DNA of 64,000 nt. Source: Malacoraja senta. Its lineage: Eukaryota. Where the stretch lies: assembly GCA_038087875.1 (NCBI GenBank), contig CM075996.1, positions 5,272,001-5,336,000 of the forward strand, written 5' to 3'. Positions 1-11,978 of the stretch are shown piece after piece; the first letter of the stretch is position 1, and every line of letters starts with the position of its first letter. A program made the position numbers and the translations under genes. A model generated the notes under the pieces. The model did no database searches and was not told where the DNA came from. It saw only the letters and a program-made list of their open reading frames with translations.

Positions 1-490
1 CCGGCGCAGCTGAGGCATCCGTCTCCTGAGCCAAACCCGAGTCCCATTCTGCAGCAGCAGCTGGGGCAGGAGCTGAGGTGGGAACTGGGGTAGGAACTGG
101 TGAAGGTGCTGAGGTAGGAGATAAGGCAGGAGATGGGGCAGGAACTGGTGAAGGTGCTGAGGCAGGAGATAAGGCAGGCGATGGGGCAGGAGATGGGGCA
201 GGAACTGGTGAAGGTGCTGAGGCAGGAGAGAAGGCAGGAGATGGGGTATGAACTGGTGAGGGTGTTGAGGCAGAAGATAAGGCAGGAGATGGGGTAGGAA
301 CTGGTGAGGGTGTTGAGGCATAAGATAGGGCAGGAGATGGGACAGGAACTGAAGCAGGAGCAGGGTCAGGAACATGGCCAGAAGCAGTGGCTGGACCCTC
401 CAGGATCTGTTTGTTCTCTCTAAGAACCTGTTTTATCTTGTCCTGCATGGATTGCTTCATAATGTTCCTGGGGTTCCTTGTTCTCTTCAT
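1..490 (-). CDS. Open frame running off the window start; basic N-terminus then Pro/Ser/Ala repeats; possibly transposon-encoded
   Basis: ATG at 490, no stop for 163 codons: MKRTRNPRNIMKQSMQDKIKQVLRENKQILEGPATASGHVPDPAPASVPVPSPALSYASTPSPVPTPSPAL...AAAAEWDSGLAQETDASAAP. Adjacent to Harbinger-like subterminal DNA. Confidence 0.4.
   Translation of the reverse strand, partial: MKRTRNPRNIMKQSMQDKIKQVLRENKQILEGPATASGHVPDPAPASVPVPSPALSYASTPSPVPTPSPALSSASTPSPVHTPSPAFSPASAPSPVPAPSPAPSPALSPASAPSPVPAPSPALSPTSAPSPVPTPVPTSAPAPAAAAEWDSGLAQETDASAAP
61..370. repeat. Imperfect 48-bp tandem repeat built from 6/12-bp subunits
   Basis: Unit aggcaggagatggggcaggaactggtgaaggtgctgaggcaggagata; encodes SPASAPSPVPAPSPAL on the minus strand. 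Confidence 0.9.
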
Positions 491-569
491 GTTCTGTGTG
501 GATCGCTGCAGCTGGGAAGAAAAGGGACTACTCGGTGGCAAGAAACGTGGGAAGTGTGGGGATTGTTTT

Positions 570-870
570 CAAATCGCGCGCGGATTTTATGCTGACGCGA
601 TAAAGGCGGGTGGACTGATAATGGACGTCGCACGGCGTCGGTCGGGCGGTGACGTCATCGAGCAACGCCACGCGCTCGCCGTACGCCGTCAAGACGCTGG
701 GTACGCCGTCAAGATGCTGCGTACGCCCTCAGTGCGCCTGCGGGCCGACAGTACGGGATATTCGGAGCCCTGCGCGATGTCGGGAAGTGGGACCGGCCCC
801 GCACGGCCATACGGTGCCCGTACGCCTCAAGCGACCACGTTTGGTCGCGCCAGATGCATGCAGTCGCATG
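570..870. mobile_element. GC-rich subterminal region of a PIF/Harbinger-like DNA transposon (terminus not recognisable)
   Basis: gaagtgggaccggccccgc..ctcaagcgaccacgtttggtcgcgc matches the right arm of the MITE at 2795-2851. Confidence 0.6.
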
Positions 871-1489
871 CAACGCGTGTCATCACTCGCGCTTTTCTCC
901 ACTGCGATATTTCCCTTTTGTTTATTCACAAACCATTCTTACTGCTCAATTAAATTAGAAGAAAATGTAGAAGAAAGTCATTTGCACAGATTTTTCTTAT
1001 GGGGTTCTGGAAATAATATTCTGGAGACTAATCCCTATTTCCTGCAGATTCCTGATTAATCTTGGAGACTTGGCAAATTTACAGCAAGCTGGCTGAAGAT
1101 GTGTGCTTCCTCCGCCTTACTTGGAATCCTACACAGCTGCATCATTTTTGTAGTTTAGAGATACAGCGCGGAATGGTAGCGTCTGAGTAGAATGGTACGT
1201 TGGGACAGAGACAGCCTGGGAGACGTGCAGCCGGACATCAGGAAACAGCAGCTTCACTTCCCTACCTTAAACCGGCTGGGAAGTATCAGTTGGCCACAGC
1301 TCAGGGGCAGTGGGACCATGTGTGTGCCCATGACGTGGTTAGCATCAGCATGCCAGTAAAGCAGAATTAAAAGGGTGTTCAGGCTAATAGCTTCCCCACA
1401 ACATCACCACATTGCATCGGCGCAGAATGCTACTTGTTGGAGCTGGCTGCCTCTTTCTCCCACGCCACAGCCTACACTTCACAAATGCG

Positions 1490-1778
1490 GTCGGTGGCAC
1501 AGCGGTAGAGTTGCTGCCTCACAGTGCCAGAGCCCCGGGTTTGATCCCAAGCAACCACGAGTGCTGTCTGCGTGGGGTTTGTACATTCTCCTTGTGTCCT
1601 CCGTGGGTGTTTCGGTTTCCTCCCACACTCCAAAGAAGTACAGGTTTGTAGGTTAATTGGTGGTAACATTGTAAATTGTCCCTCGTGTGTGTTAGTGTAC
1701 GGGGATCGCTGGCCGGCGTGGGCTCAGTGGGTCCAAAGGCCTGATGGGTCTGTTTCCGCGCTGTATCTCTAAACTAAA
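1490..1778 (+). mobile_element. tRNA-derived SINE (elasmobranch HE1-like); representative of many copies (e.g. 16195-16490 +, 16813-17125 -, 32100-32395 -, 38920-39180 +, 55430-55740 -, 59905-60190 -, 62636-62941 +)
   Basis: A-box-like tggcacagcggtag, B-box-like ggtttgatcc, shared body and tail gtatctctaaactaaa. Family name is inference. Confidence 0.85.
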
Positions 1779-2311
1779 AAATGATGCAGCTGTGTAGGAT
1801 TCCAAGTAAGGCTGAGGAAGCACAGATCTTCAGCCAGTTTGCTGTAAATTTGCCAAGTCTCCAAGATGAATCTGGAATCTGCACAATATTATTTCCACAA
1901 CCCCATAAGAAAAATCTTTGCAAATGACTTTCTTCTACATTTTCTTCTAATATTCTATTGAAATAATATTGGAGATGGTGAGAAGCATCCGTCCATCCAA
2001 TTGAATAGTTTAGATAGACACAAAATGCTGGAGTAACTCAGCGGGACAGGCAGCATCTCTGCAGAGAATGAATGGGTGACGTCTCAGGTCGAGACCCTTC
2101 TTCAAGTCTGAAGACCCTTTCTTCAGTCTCCAGTTTGTTGTGTCTATCTTCGGTTTAAACCAGCACCTGCAGTTCCTTCCTACACAATAGTTTAGTTCAG
2201 TTTCGTAATGCAGTGTGGAAACAGACCCCACGGCCCGCGCTGACCGACAAACCCCACACAGACAGCACCCATAGTTAAGATTGAATCTGGATCTCAAGCA
2301 AAGATCATATG

Positions 2312-2407
2312 GTCTGAAGAAGGGTTTCGGCCCAAAAACGTTGCCTATTTCCTTCGCTCCATAGATGCTGCTGCACCCGCTGAGTTTCTCCAGCATTTTT
2401 GTGTACC
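2312..2407 (+). mobile_element. Short Penelope-like element 3' end with degenerate hammerhead motif
   Basis: gtctgaagaagggtttcggcccaaaaacgttgcc..gtgtacc flanked by 8-bp direct repeat atcatatg (2304-2311, 2408-2415). Confidence 0.8.
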
Positions 2408-2449
2408 ATCATATGATCTTTGGTCTCTAGCCCTGCGAGGCAGTAATTA

Positions 2450-2866
2450 AGGGCCTGTCCCACCAGCGCGACCTAATGTGGTCGCTTGAGCCGTACGGCC
2501 TCGCGGGGCCGGTCCCACTTCCAACCGCGGGCGCCGTATGGAGCTGGTCCCGCCATCATACTCACCAATCTGCTGGGCAGGAAGCGGGCCGACTGAATTT
2601 GGACGTCGGGCGGTGACGTCATCGCGCTACGCCACGCGCTCGGCGTCAAGACGGTGCGTACGGCCGCCGCGTACGCTGCGTACGGCCTCGAGGCGGCTGC
2701 GGGGGCCGGGCAGGCCGTTGCCGCGCGGAGTTTTTGGACAGCGTCGGTTTTTCGGAGCCCCGCGCGGTGTCGGGACCAGCCCCGCACGGCGATCGAAGTG
2801 GGACCGGCCCCGCGAGGCCGTACGGCTCAAGCGACCACGTTAGGTCGCGCTAGCCGCATGCTCGTG
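2450..2866. mobile_element. PIF/Harbinger-like MITE, right terminus eroded
   Basis: Starts tta|AGGGCCTGTCCCAC; 57-bp inverted repeat 2465-2521 / 2795-2851 with one mismatch. Confidence 0.8.
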
Positions 2867-4749
2867 CACCCAATCCCCCATGCACAAGGAATAAAATGAA
2901 ATGTGCACCAAATGCAATATGCATTCTAATTATGGCTTATATTATATATGATTGGAACATATTTACATATGAATTATATTTTACCTGTCTGCCAATTTTA
3001 CAAGCAGCAATGCGACACTGTAGTTTCACCTGTCTGAAAGTTGCCAAGTCCCATTCACCCATCACGTACCAGAGCGCAAGGAAACAGGGCAGGGGTAGAC
3101 CACTTGGAACCTCAGGCCTGTCTCACCATGGTCAGGGTTGGTCCCTGACCTCACCTCCTCAGTGCCAGGTCCACACAGCCCTCAATGTCTCGAACTTTTA
3201 ATCTTCGGTTTCCTCCCACACACCAAAGACCTAGAGGTATGTAGGTAAATTGGCTTGGTAAATGTAAAAAAAAATTGTCCCAAGTGTGTGTAGGATAGTG
3301 TTAATATGCAGGGATTGCTGGTCAGCGCGAACTCAGTGGCCTGAAGGGCCTGTTTCCGAGCTGTATCTCTAAACTAAACTAAAAAACTAAAAAGCCAGCA
3401 TGCAATGGGTGCCTTGTTCTGGCACCGTTTTCAAAGTACATGCTCCCGTGATCCAGGTTCCAAAATCGCCTAGGATAAAGAATTCCAGAGATACACCAAG
3501 AGTCAAGTGTGTTTAATTGGCAAAATTACCAGCAATGGAAAAATTAAATTCCTACATGCTGCTGCTTACGCATGTTAACGCAATGACGCACAGATAAATA
3601 TATAACAATTAACAATACAATAAATTAATAGCCGTAATATCATGCAACCATCATAGCGCTTTGTGTAGTGCAGGCAAAGACACGGTCCCGCTGAGTTACT
3701 CCAGCATTTTGTGTCAATCTTGGGTGTAAACCAGAATCTGCAGTTCGTTCCGACACATTATATCTCTGTATGGACACTGTTAAATAGCATTGGTGATGCT
3801 TAACAATTTGGTCTCAGGATGCAAATGGCTTATTCAGATGCCTGAGGGGGAAACAAGATCACAGACCTTTCCACCCTGTTACAAGCTGTAGTGACTTTCA
3901 ACAGAAATTAGCTACATGCCCATATAGGGTGATGCAAATGGCCTTTGATAAATTTTAAGTGTAGGAAGGAACTGCAGATGCTGGTTTAAATGCTGCAGAT
4001 ATAAGATAAGACTCAAAATGCTGGACTAACTCAGCAGAACAGGCAGCCTCGCTGGAGAGAAGGAATGGGTGACGTTTCAGGTTGAGACCCTTCTTCAAGC
4101 CCGATTTCAGCCTCGACCTGAAATGTCACCCATTCCTCTCCAGAGATGCTGCCTGTCCCGCTGAGTGACTCCAGCATTTTGTGTCTATCTTTGATAACTT
4201 TAATATTGGTCACGAACATTTATTGCCCACAGAGAGGTTAGGAGTTTGTCCAGCTTGGGTAATGCTCCTCACTGCTTTGTTAAGAAGACATACAGCAGGT
4301 GTGGAAAGACAAGCAGAGTTTTATCCTTCAGAACACAGATCAGTTTTGTGTTTACTGGGCTTCATTCTCGCTTGTCAACTTTTGTCATTCTGTTCTCATC
4401 CCTACCTGACCCAATAATTCTCCACAACCATATAATCGGCATTCCTGAATTTGGATCTCTTGATCATTTCCACATTTAGCCACAAGATTCAAGGCCTACA
4501 AGTAAGAGGCAAAAACACAATGGAAATGTAAAGCAAAACATTTTGTTTAATACATGGAGAATGGCTATGATCCAAATTTCACTTGCATGGAAACTGTCAA
4601 TCAGGAATAAGCTGTGCACTAAAGTGTTCTACAAAGAGGTGACAGACGCAATGGGCTGAATGGCCTCTTATCGGGGGAGAACATTATTTTTCCATTTTCT
4701 GGTCTCCCCATCATGAAACATTATTTCAGAAAATCTGAGGAAAATCTAT

Positions 4750-5110
4750 TCATAAGAGATAAGAGCAGAATTAGGTCATTCGGCCCATCACGTCTACTCT
4801 GCATTTCAATCATGGCTGATCTATCTTTCCCTCTAAACCCCATTCTCCTGCCTTCTCCCCATAACCCCTGAAACTTGTACTAATCAAGAATCTATCTATC
4901 TCTGCCTTAAAAATATCCATTGACTTGGCCTCCACAGCCTTCTGTGGCAATGAATTCCACAGATTCACCACCCTTTGACGAAATAAATTCCTCCTCATCT
5001 CCTTTCTAAAGGAACGTCCTTTAATTCTAGGACCTCTGGTCCTAGACTCTCCCATGAGTGGAAACATCCTCTCCACATCCACTCTATCCAGGCCTTTTGC
5101 TATTCGGTAA
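4750..5110 (-). mobile_element. CR1-type LINE 3' fragment
   Basis: ORF2 C-terminus ..ESRTRG..FRKEMRRNLFRQRVVNLWNSLPQKAVEA.. plus 3' tail. Confidence 0.85.
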
Positions 5111-8100
5111 GTTAAAGCCTATTAAAGCTTTTAGATGAGGAAATAATAGTTGGTAAGGCTGAAAGCGTATGTGGGAAATGGCGGAGGTTTTATAACCACG
5201 CCCCAGGCTAAGGTGTTGGCTGAGCTTATATTTAGATACTACATCGTGAATTCATGTACAGTCTTAGATCATGATGACTACTGCTGCACTATAATACTAA
5301 TCTGTTTTCAGAATTTTCATTGAGTAACCTTCCTCATATCCTGTCAGAAAAATTTTCAAGTGAAATGAAGACGTGCTTTTCTACAGCAACAGCAGGATTT
5401 CAAAATATTTTACAGTTAATAAAAGCACAGTGCAGGAACAGGCTCTTCAGCTCAGTGTCCATGCTGAACAAGATGCCAAGTTAAACTAATCTTCCCTTGA
5501 CTGCATGTGATCCGTATCCCTTCATTCCCTGCAAATCCATGTGCCTAGCCGAAACGCCACTATCGTATATGCCTCCATCACCACGTCTGGCAGCTTCCAG
5601 GCACCCACCACTCTGTGTAAAAAAAAAATGTTCCGCAGACATCTCCTTTAAACTTCGGCCCTTGCACCTTAAAGCTATGCCATCTAGTCTTTAACATTTC
5701 CACCCGGGAAAAAGGATCTGACTGTCCACTCTAGCTGTGACTCTCATAATTTTATATTCATTCATCAGCCTCCGATACTCCAAAGAAAACAATCCAAGTT
5801 TGTGCAGTAACTAATACCCTCTATCATTGGCATAGACCAGCATCTGCAGTTCCTTTTTTATTACAATAGATATTGCCTGTCAGGCTTTATCCTGCCCCTC
5901 CACTTCCAGCTTATTTCCCTCCCGCACAATGTCTGGAGAAAGGCCAGTTAAATAATATGTTGTCAATAGAGAATGGAATGGAATACTTTATTGTCACATG
6001 TGACTAGGCACAGTGAAATTCTTTGCTTGTACACCCAAGGTATACTAATGCAGAGGAGATGAAGATTGATGTGAATTGGCTAAATGGTTTGGGAATAAAT
6101 AAAATTGAAGAGGTTGCACATACTGTGAGAGGGAAGCTGACCGTTTTTAATTCAAGGCAGGATACAGAGAGGCTGAACTTTGAATTAATTGATGTTGATG
6201 GAGACACTAAAGGAGACTGAGGGGAAACATTTTCACACAAAGGGTGGTGGGTGTATGGTTGAGGCAGGTACTATTATAACACTTAAGTAACATTTAGACA
6301 GGTACATGGATAGGACAGGGTTAGAGGGATATGGGCCAAACGCAAGTAGGTGGGACTAGTAGATGGGGCATGTTGGTCGGTGTGGGCATGTTGGGCCTGT
6401 TTCCACACTGTATGACTTGATGACTCTATGACTCTATGAGACATGATATATTGTTCAAGATGGCAATTGAGCTACATCTGATTGGAACACTGTAGATGTT
6501 GAAACTATGGTTCATTCTGCAAAAAAAGATCCCAAGAATGTGTGCAGTCTGTCTCAAGCTGGTGAATACTGGAGAAGAATATGATGGATACAGTCATCCT
6601 AATGGAATGGAGTCATCCGACAAAGGAGGCAAGTTATCTGAAAAAGATAAAAAATTAATCCCGCTCCACTACTTTTGCCCCACAGCCCTGTAAATATTTT
6701 ATTTTCATTTCCCTTTCAAAGCTACTATGAATCTGTTTCCAATTACATTTCAGACGTTGCATTCAAGATCAAACAACTTGCTGAGTTTCAAAGAAAATCT
6801 CCCGTCCCTTGTGTGTTTTTTTGCTTTTAATCAGCGTATATGTTGACATCTACGACTATTATCGGAGAGGCTTAGTAACAGTGGAGAGGGGCCCTGGATA
6901 TCAAGGGTGACCCGGGAGACGTCTTTAAATGTATCGATTCACTAGTTATGGGCGCCATCTTATAATGCTATAGGAAGAATGTCATTAAATTAGAAAAGGT
7001 GCAATAAAAAAGGATTTGCGAGGGGATTACTGTCTGGAGAATTTGAGTAAGAGAGGCTGGATAGACTAGGTCTTTTTTTCCCCCTAGCACATAAGAGGTT
7101 GAGGGATGACCTTATAAAGATTTACAAAATCATGAGGGCATAGATAAGGTGAATGGCCACAGTCTTTTCCCCAAGGCATGGAGGTCTAAAATTAGAGAGT
7201 ATAGGTTTAAGGTGAGAGGGGCAAAATTTAAAAGGAACCCGAGGGACATTTATTTCATACGGACAGTGGTGGGTACGGAACAAGTTGCCATTGGAAGTGG
7301 TAGAGGCAGGTATAAGTACGACATTTAAACAATAGTTGGGACAGGTACGGGGTTAGGAAAGGATTGGAAGGATATGGGCCAGGCACTTATCATATAGACA
7401 TAAGAAATAGAAGTGGGTCAATCGAGCCAGATCCATCTTTCAATAAGATCATGGATGAGCTGATTGTAGGCCTCATATTCACTTTACTGCCCAAACATGG
7501 ATGAATAAAAATGAGGAAAAGGCCTGTTTCCACGCTGTATGACTCTATAACTCAAATCTTTCAGACCCGGAAATAGACACCATTTCAGGTTTATACCCGG
7601 ATCGGGACCCTTCTTCACATAGATAGCCATGTTACTGTCGAGAGAAGGTCAATTGCCTTCTCTGGACTTTAAAAGTTCACCCCTTAGCCCCTCCACACTC
7701 CAGGGAAAAAAGATCCAGACTACCCAGCTATTTCTGATAAAACTCATCGCAGGTTCCAACAAACATTTAAGAAACATTTCGACAGGTACATGGACAGGTT
7801 TACAGGGATATGGGCCAAATGCAGGCGGGTGGGACTAGTGTAGATGGGGCATGTTGGTCGGCGTGGGCAAGTTGGGCCGAAGGTCCTGTTTCCATGCTGT
7901 ATGACTCGATCACAAAAAAATTCAGACCTGGAAATAGACAACATTTCAGGTCTGTACCCGGGTCGGGGTCCTTCTTCAGACTGATAGCGAGGTGTGGGGG
8001 TAGAGGTGTACGAAAAGGCCAAAACAAATCAGGGCCGGCAACAGATGATCAAGAAAGGGTGGAGCCCATTGTTGGCCGGGGAAGAGGTGATAACGAAGAA

Positions 8101-8134
8101 ATACAGGGATGCAATCAATGGAAATAGTAAGATG

Positions 8135-8570
8135 AGTGCAGCGTAGGTTCACCAGGTGAATTCCCAGGATGGCGGGACTGACATATGTTGAAAGAATGGG
8201 TCAACTGGGGGTTGTATTCACTGGCGTTTAGAAGGATGAGAGGGAATCTTGTAGAAACATTTAAAATTCTTAAGGGATTGGACAGGGTAGATGCAGGAAT
8301 CTTTTTCCCGATGTTGGGGGAAGTCCAGAACCAGGGGTCACCGTTTAAGAATAAGGGGTAGGCCATTTAGGACTGAGATGAGGAAATAACTTTTTCACCC
8401 AGAGAGTTGGGAATCTGTGGAATTCTCTGCCACAGAAGGCAATGGGGGCCTTTTCAAGAGTTAGATTTAGCTCCTAGGGCTAACTGAATCAAGGGATATG
8501 GGGAAAAAGCAGGAACGGGGTACTGATTTTGGATGATCAGCCATGATCATATTGCTAGCTCGAAGGGCCA
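8135..8570 (+). mobile_element. CR1-type LINE 3' fragment (tail continues at 8943-8962 and 9821-9835)
   Basis: Same ORF2 C-terminal and 3' UTR sequence as other CR1 copies. Confidence 0.85.
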
Positions 8571-8940
8571 ATAGACAATAGGTGCAGGAGTAGGCCATTC
8601 GGCCCTTCGAGCCAGCACCGCCATTCAATGTGATCATGGCTGATCATCCCCAATCAGTACCCCGTTCCTGCCTTCTCCCCATATCCCCTGACTCTGCTAT
8701 TTTTAAGAGCCCTATCTAGCTCTCTCTTGAAAGCATCCAGAGAACCGGCCACCACCGCCCTCTGAGGCAGAGAATTCCACAGACTCACCACTCTCTGTGA
8801 GAAAAAGTGTTTCCTCGTCTCCGTTCTAAATGGCTTACTCCTTATTCTTAAACTGTGGCCCCTGGTTCTGGACTCCCCCAACATCGGGAACATGTTTCCT
8901 GCCTCTAGCGTGTCCAAGCCCTTAACAATCTTATATGTTT
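8571..8940 (-). mobile_element. CR1-type LINE 3' fragment inserted in the tail of the preceding CR1
   Basis: ORF 8654-8917 GESRTRGHSLRIRSKPFRTETRKHFFSQRVVSLWNSLPQ; tail cctattgtctatt. Confidence 0.88.
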
Positions 8941-8962
8941 CAGGCCGAATGGTCTACTCCTG

Positions 8963-9813
8963 TAGGTATGTTACAATACTTACCTTCAGCGGCGCTGCAA
9001 TTCTGCCACTGGCCGTGTGCGCGATTTTGGCACCTTTGAGGGGGGGGCTCAGGTTTCTCCTACCTTGTCCTGAATTATATTTCGTTGGATTGCCAGCTTT
9101 TGCTGAAAAATCGTTCCGACGGGCGTTTTGTGTATTTTTTATTTTTATTCGATCGACAAGTTCAGCGCTGGAATTATTTTAAAATCAGCTTCGAAAGCCA
9201 TCAACGCCAACAACGGGGACGGATTTCACGCACGGGACAGGTAAACGAAAGCAGTTTATTTTATGTATAAAAGTGCTTCTAAAGAGGCCTTTAATTCACA
9301 TTTTTAAATGCGAAACAGTGATTCTTTTCAAAATTATGTTATATTGTGAATTCTTGTGTGAATGTTATTTGGACACTTAGGCTATTTAAAAATGTTAATC
9401 TATTCTTAAGAAATTGATAGATGTTTAGATCTAGTAATTTAATTTTGTAATTAGCTACAATTAGGTAACTAGCTAATTATATGCTTTAATTTCATGTCAT
9501 CTAAGTAAGATTGTTTCATATTTGTTTCAGAATGCTTCAATCTATAATAACTGAAAATTTCTTTCAGTTCTCTTAATTTTTAAGAAAGTTATGGGCTTTT
9601 GACTGTCCTCAATCACAGCTTTTGTGTTAAGTCAATGGAAAAGCAATTTCTAAGATGTTAATTTCCGAATATGAAAATGGCCATAACGTTTTTAATACTG
9701 AAGATATGAAAGTGAATTACTTTGGTGTCAAAATAAACGTCTTTTTATGCTTTATCTGATGGGATAAATTACAGACTTGATTTTTTAAATCTCAAAATTT
9801 TGTAACATTGCTA
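8963..9813. mobile_element. Non-autonomous TIR DNA transposon, 851 bp, TAG...CTA termini, 7-bp TSD; superfamily unassigned
   Basis: TIRs TAGGTATGTTACAA / TTGTAACATTGCTA (12 of 14 match); direct repeat ACTCCTG at 8956-8962 and 9814-9820. Confidence 0.8.
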
Positions 9814-10011
9814 ACTCCTGCCCCGATTTTCTATCTTTCCCTAAATATCATATTTCTTCGAAATATGAGGTGTTGTTCCACCAATTTGCTTGTGTATTTG
9901 TCTGCGAATATATTTTGTATTTATTGTTTTTTAATATTCAGAAAAATAAACTTTTGGGGGGGGGAAATAAAAATAAAATGCGGACTTTCACAGCCCTCCT
10001 GCAAGCATGTC

Positions 10012-10211
10012 NNNNNNNNNNNNNNNNNNNNNNNNNNNNNNNNNNNNNNNNNNNNNNNNNNNNNNNNNNNNNNNNNNNNNNNNNNNNNNNNNNNNNNNNN
10101 NNNNNNNNNNNNNNNNNNNNNNNNNNNNNNNNNNNNNNNNNNNNNNNNNNNNNNNNNNNNNNNNNNNNNNNNNNNNNNNNNNNNNNNNNNNNNNNNNNNN
10201 NNNNNNNNNNN
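10012..10211. other. Assembly gap (200 N)
   Basis: Run of N. Confidence 1.
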
Positions 10212-10515
10212 CAGCGAGCAACACCGGAAATTGGAGGAAATGCACCTCATATTCCGCTTGGGCAGTCTACATCCTGGGGGCTTGAACATTGAATTCTCCC
10301 AATTCTGCTAGCCCTTGCTGTCCCCTCCCCTTCATCAGCCCTCTGGTTGTCTCCTCCCCTCCCCCAGCCCTCGGGCTCCTCCTCCGCCTTTTTTCCTTTC
10401 TTCTCCCCACCCCCTATCAGTCTGAAGAAGGGTTTCGGCCCGAAACGTTGCATATTTCCTTCGCTCCATAGATGCTGCTGCACCCGCTGAGTTTCTCCAG
10501 CATTTTTGTGTACCA
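10212..10515 (+). mobile_element. Penelope-like element 3' end: GIY-YIG ORF C-terminus, purine-poor UTR, hammerhead motif at 10419-10451
   Basis: SEQHRKLEEMHLIFRLGSLHPGGLNIEFSQFC* then CTGAAGA-agggtttcggccc-GAAACGTT. Confidence 0.85.
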
Positions 10516-11978
10516 CCGAAAGATAATACATGATTACAATCGAGCAATCCACAGTGTACATGATAAAGGGAATAACGTTTAGTGCAAGATAAAACCCATA
10601 AAGTACAAACAAAGATAGTACGAGGGTCTCCAATGAGGTAGATAGTAGTTCAGGGCTACTCTCTAGTTGTTGGTAGGATGGTTTATTTGCCTGATAACAG
10701 CTGGGAAGAAACTGTCCTTGAATCTGGAGGTGTGCGTTTGCACATTTTACACCTTTTGCCTGATGGGAGAAGAGGGAGTGGCTGGGGTGCGATTCGTCCT
10801 TGATTATGCTGGTGGCCTTGCCGAGGCAGCGTGTGATACAAATGTACATTTTTTCCAATGCTTTTAATGGTGAGCATGTGAGAGTATGAGAGGGAAGACC
10901 TGACTTCAAAAGAGAAAAGCAATGAAACAAACATAAAATCCTACACAAAAATAACCAAAGAAAATTATAACATGGCAAAGAGTCTGATCGTTCGTCTCAT
11001 GATCTCCGCAGGTCCCGCCCTGTAATTTTGGAAATGTAAATAAAATACCTCTGCCTCGTTTAATCACGCCTTCCTTCGAGATAAATCTCCACCAGTGACA
11101 TTTTGACACCTTCATGGACATTTGTTTGAAAATTAAAATTGCAGCTTTGAAAGGGGACAGGATGATGTTAATAGAAGAACCGCCTGGAACTGCAGTTCTA
11201 TTTTATTTGTGCAATTCATTTTAAGAGTATTTATTTAATAATATTGGCTTTGCTTCTCTTTCTATTCAGTCAAATTATTATGCAATCCTATAATGTAGAA
11301 ATGTCCCCTTTGGCCCATTCAACCTGTGTCAGCTCCATTAAGCAATCACTTAATACTTTATCCCATTTAAGTCTCCTCATGTTCCATCAATCCCCTTCAC
11401 CCCTCTCCCCATTCCAGATTCTGCCACTCACCCACACCCCACAGGCAATTTTACGGTGCACAGTTAACCTACCATCCTGCAGGTCTTTGGGATGAGGGAA
11501 AGAAACTGGAGGATTCAGGGGAAATCATGTGGTCAGAGGGAGAGCGTGCCAACTCCACACAGACAGCAGCAGGTTAGGATTAGTCTTGTGCTGCTGGAGA
11601 TATGAGGCAGCGGCTCTACAAGCTTCACCTTGAAATACCAGGAGCAATGGTTGAATTTAACAATGTGGTTCTGGGTGTCAAAGAACATTACTATTCCAAG
11701 CAGTCCTTGAACCAGCTCCCACTATTGTACACAATATCCAATCCGTAGCTAACCCCCCACTTTCCTGTTCGATCTCTAAATGTTTCCCTACCAGGGACAG
11801 TTTCTTCCCAGCTGTTATCAGAGAACTGAACTATCCTCTCAACTTGAAAGTGACCCTGAGCTGCTACCCACCTCACTGGGGACCCTCGCACTGTCTTTAA
11901 TCGAACATTTCTGGAGTTTATCTTGCACTAAACTTTATTCCCTATATCATGTATCTGTACACTATAGATGGCTCGGTT

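Noticed and set aside
61..370. Regular repeat as a CRISPR-like array
   Set aside because: Contiguous tandem units without unique spacers, in eukaryotic context.
374..1059. Plus-strand ORFs of 188, 136 and 73 aa
   Set aside because: They are antisense shadows of the minus-strand frame and GC-rich transposon DNA, with no recognisable domain.
1490..1560. tRNA-like heads as tRNA genes
   Set aside because: They continue into SINE bodies and tails and do not complete a cloverleaf.
9808..10311. ORFs spanning the N run
   Set aside because: Artefacts of the 200-N gap.
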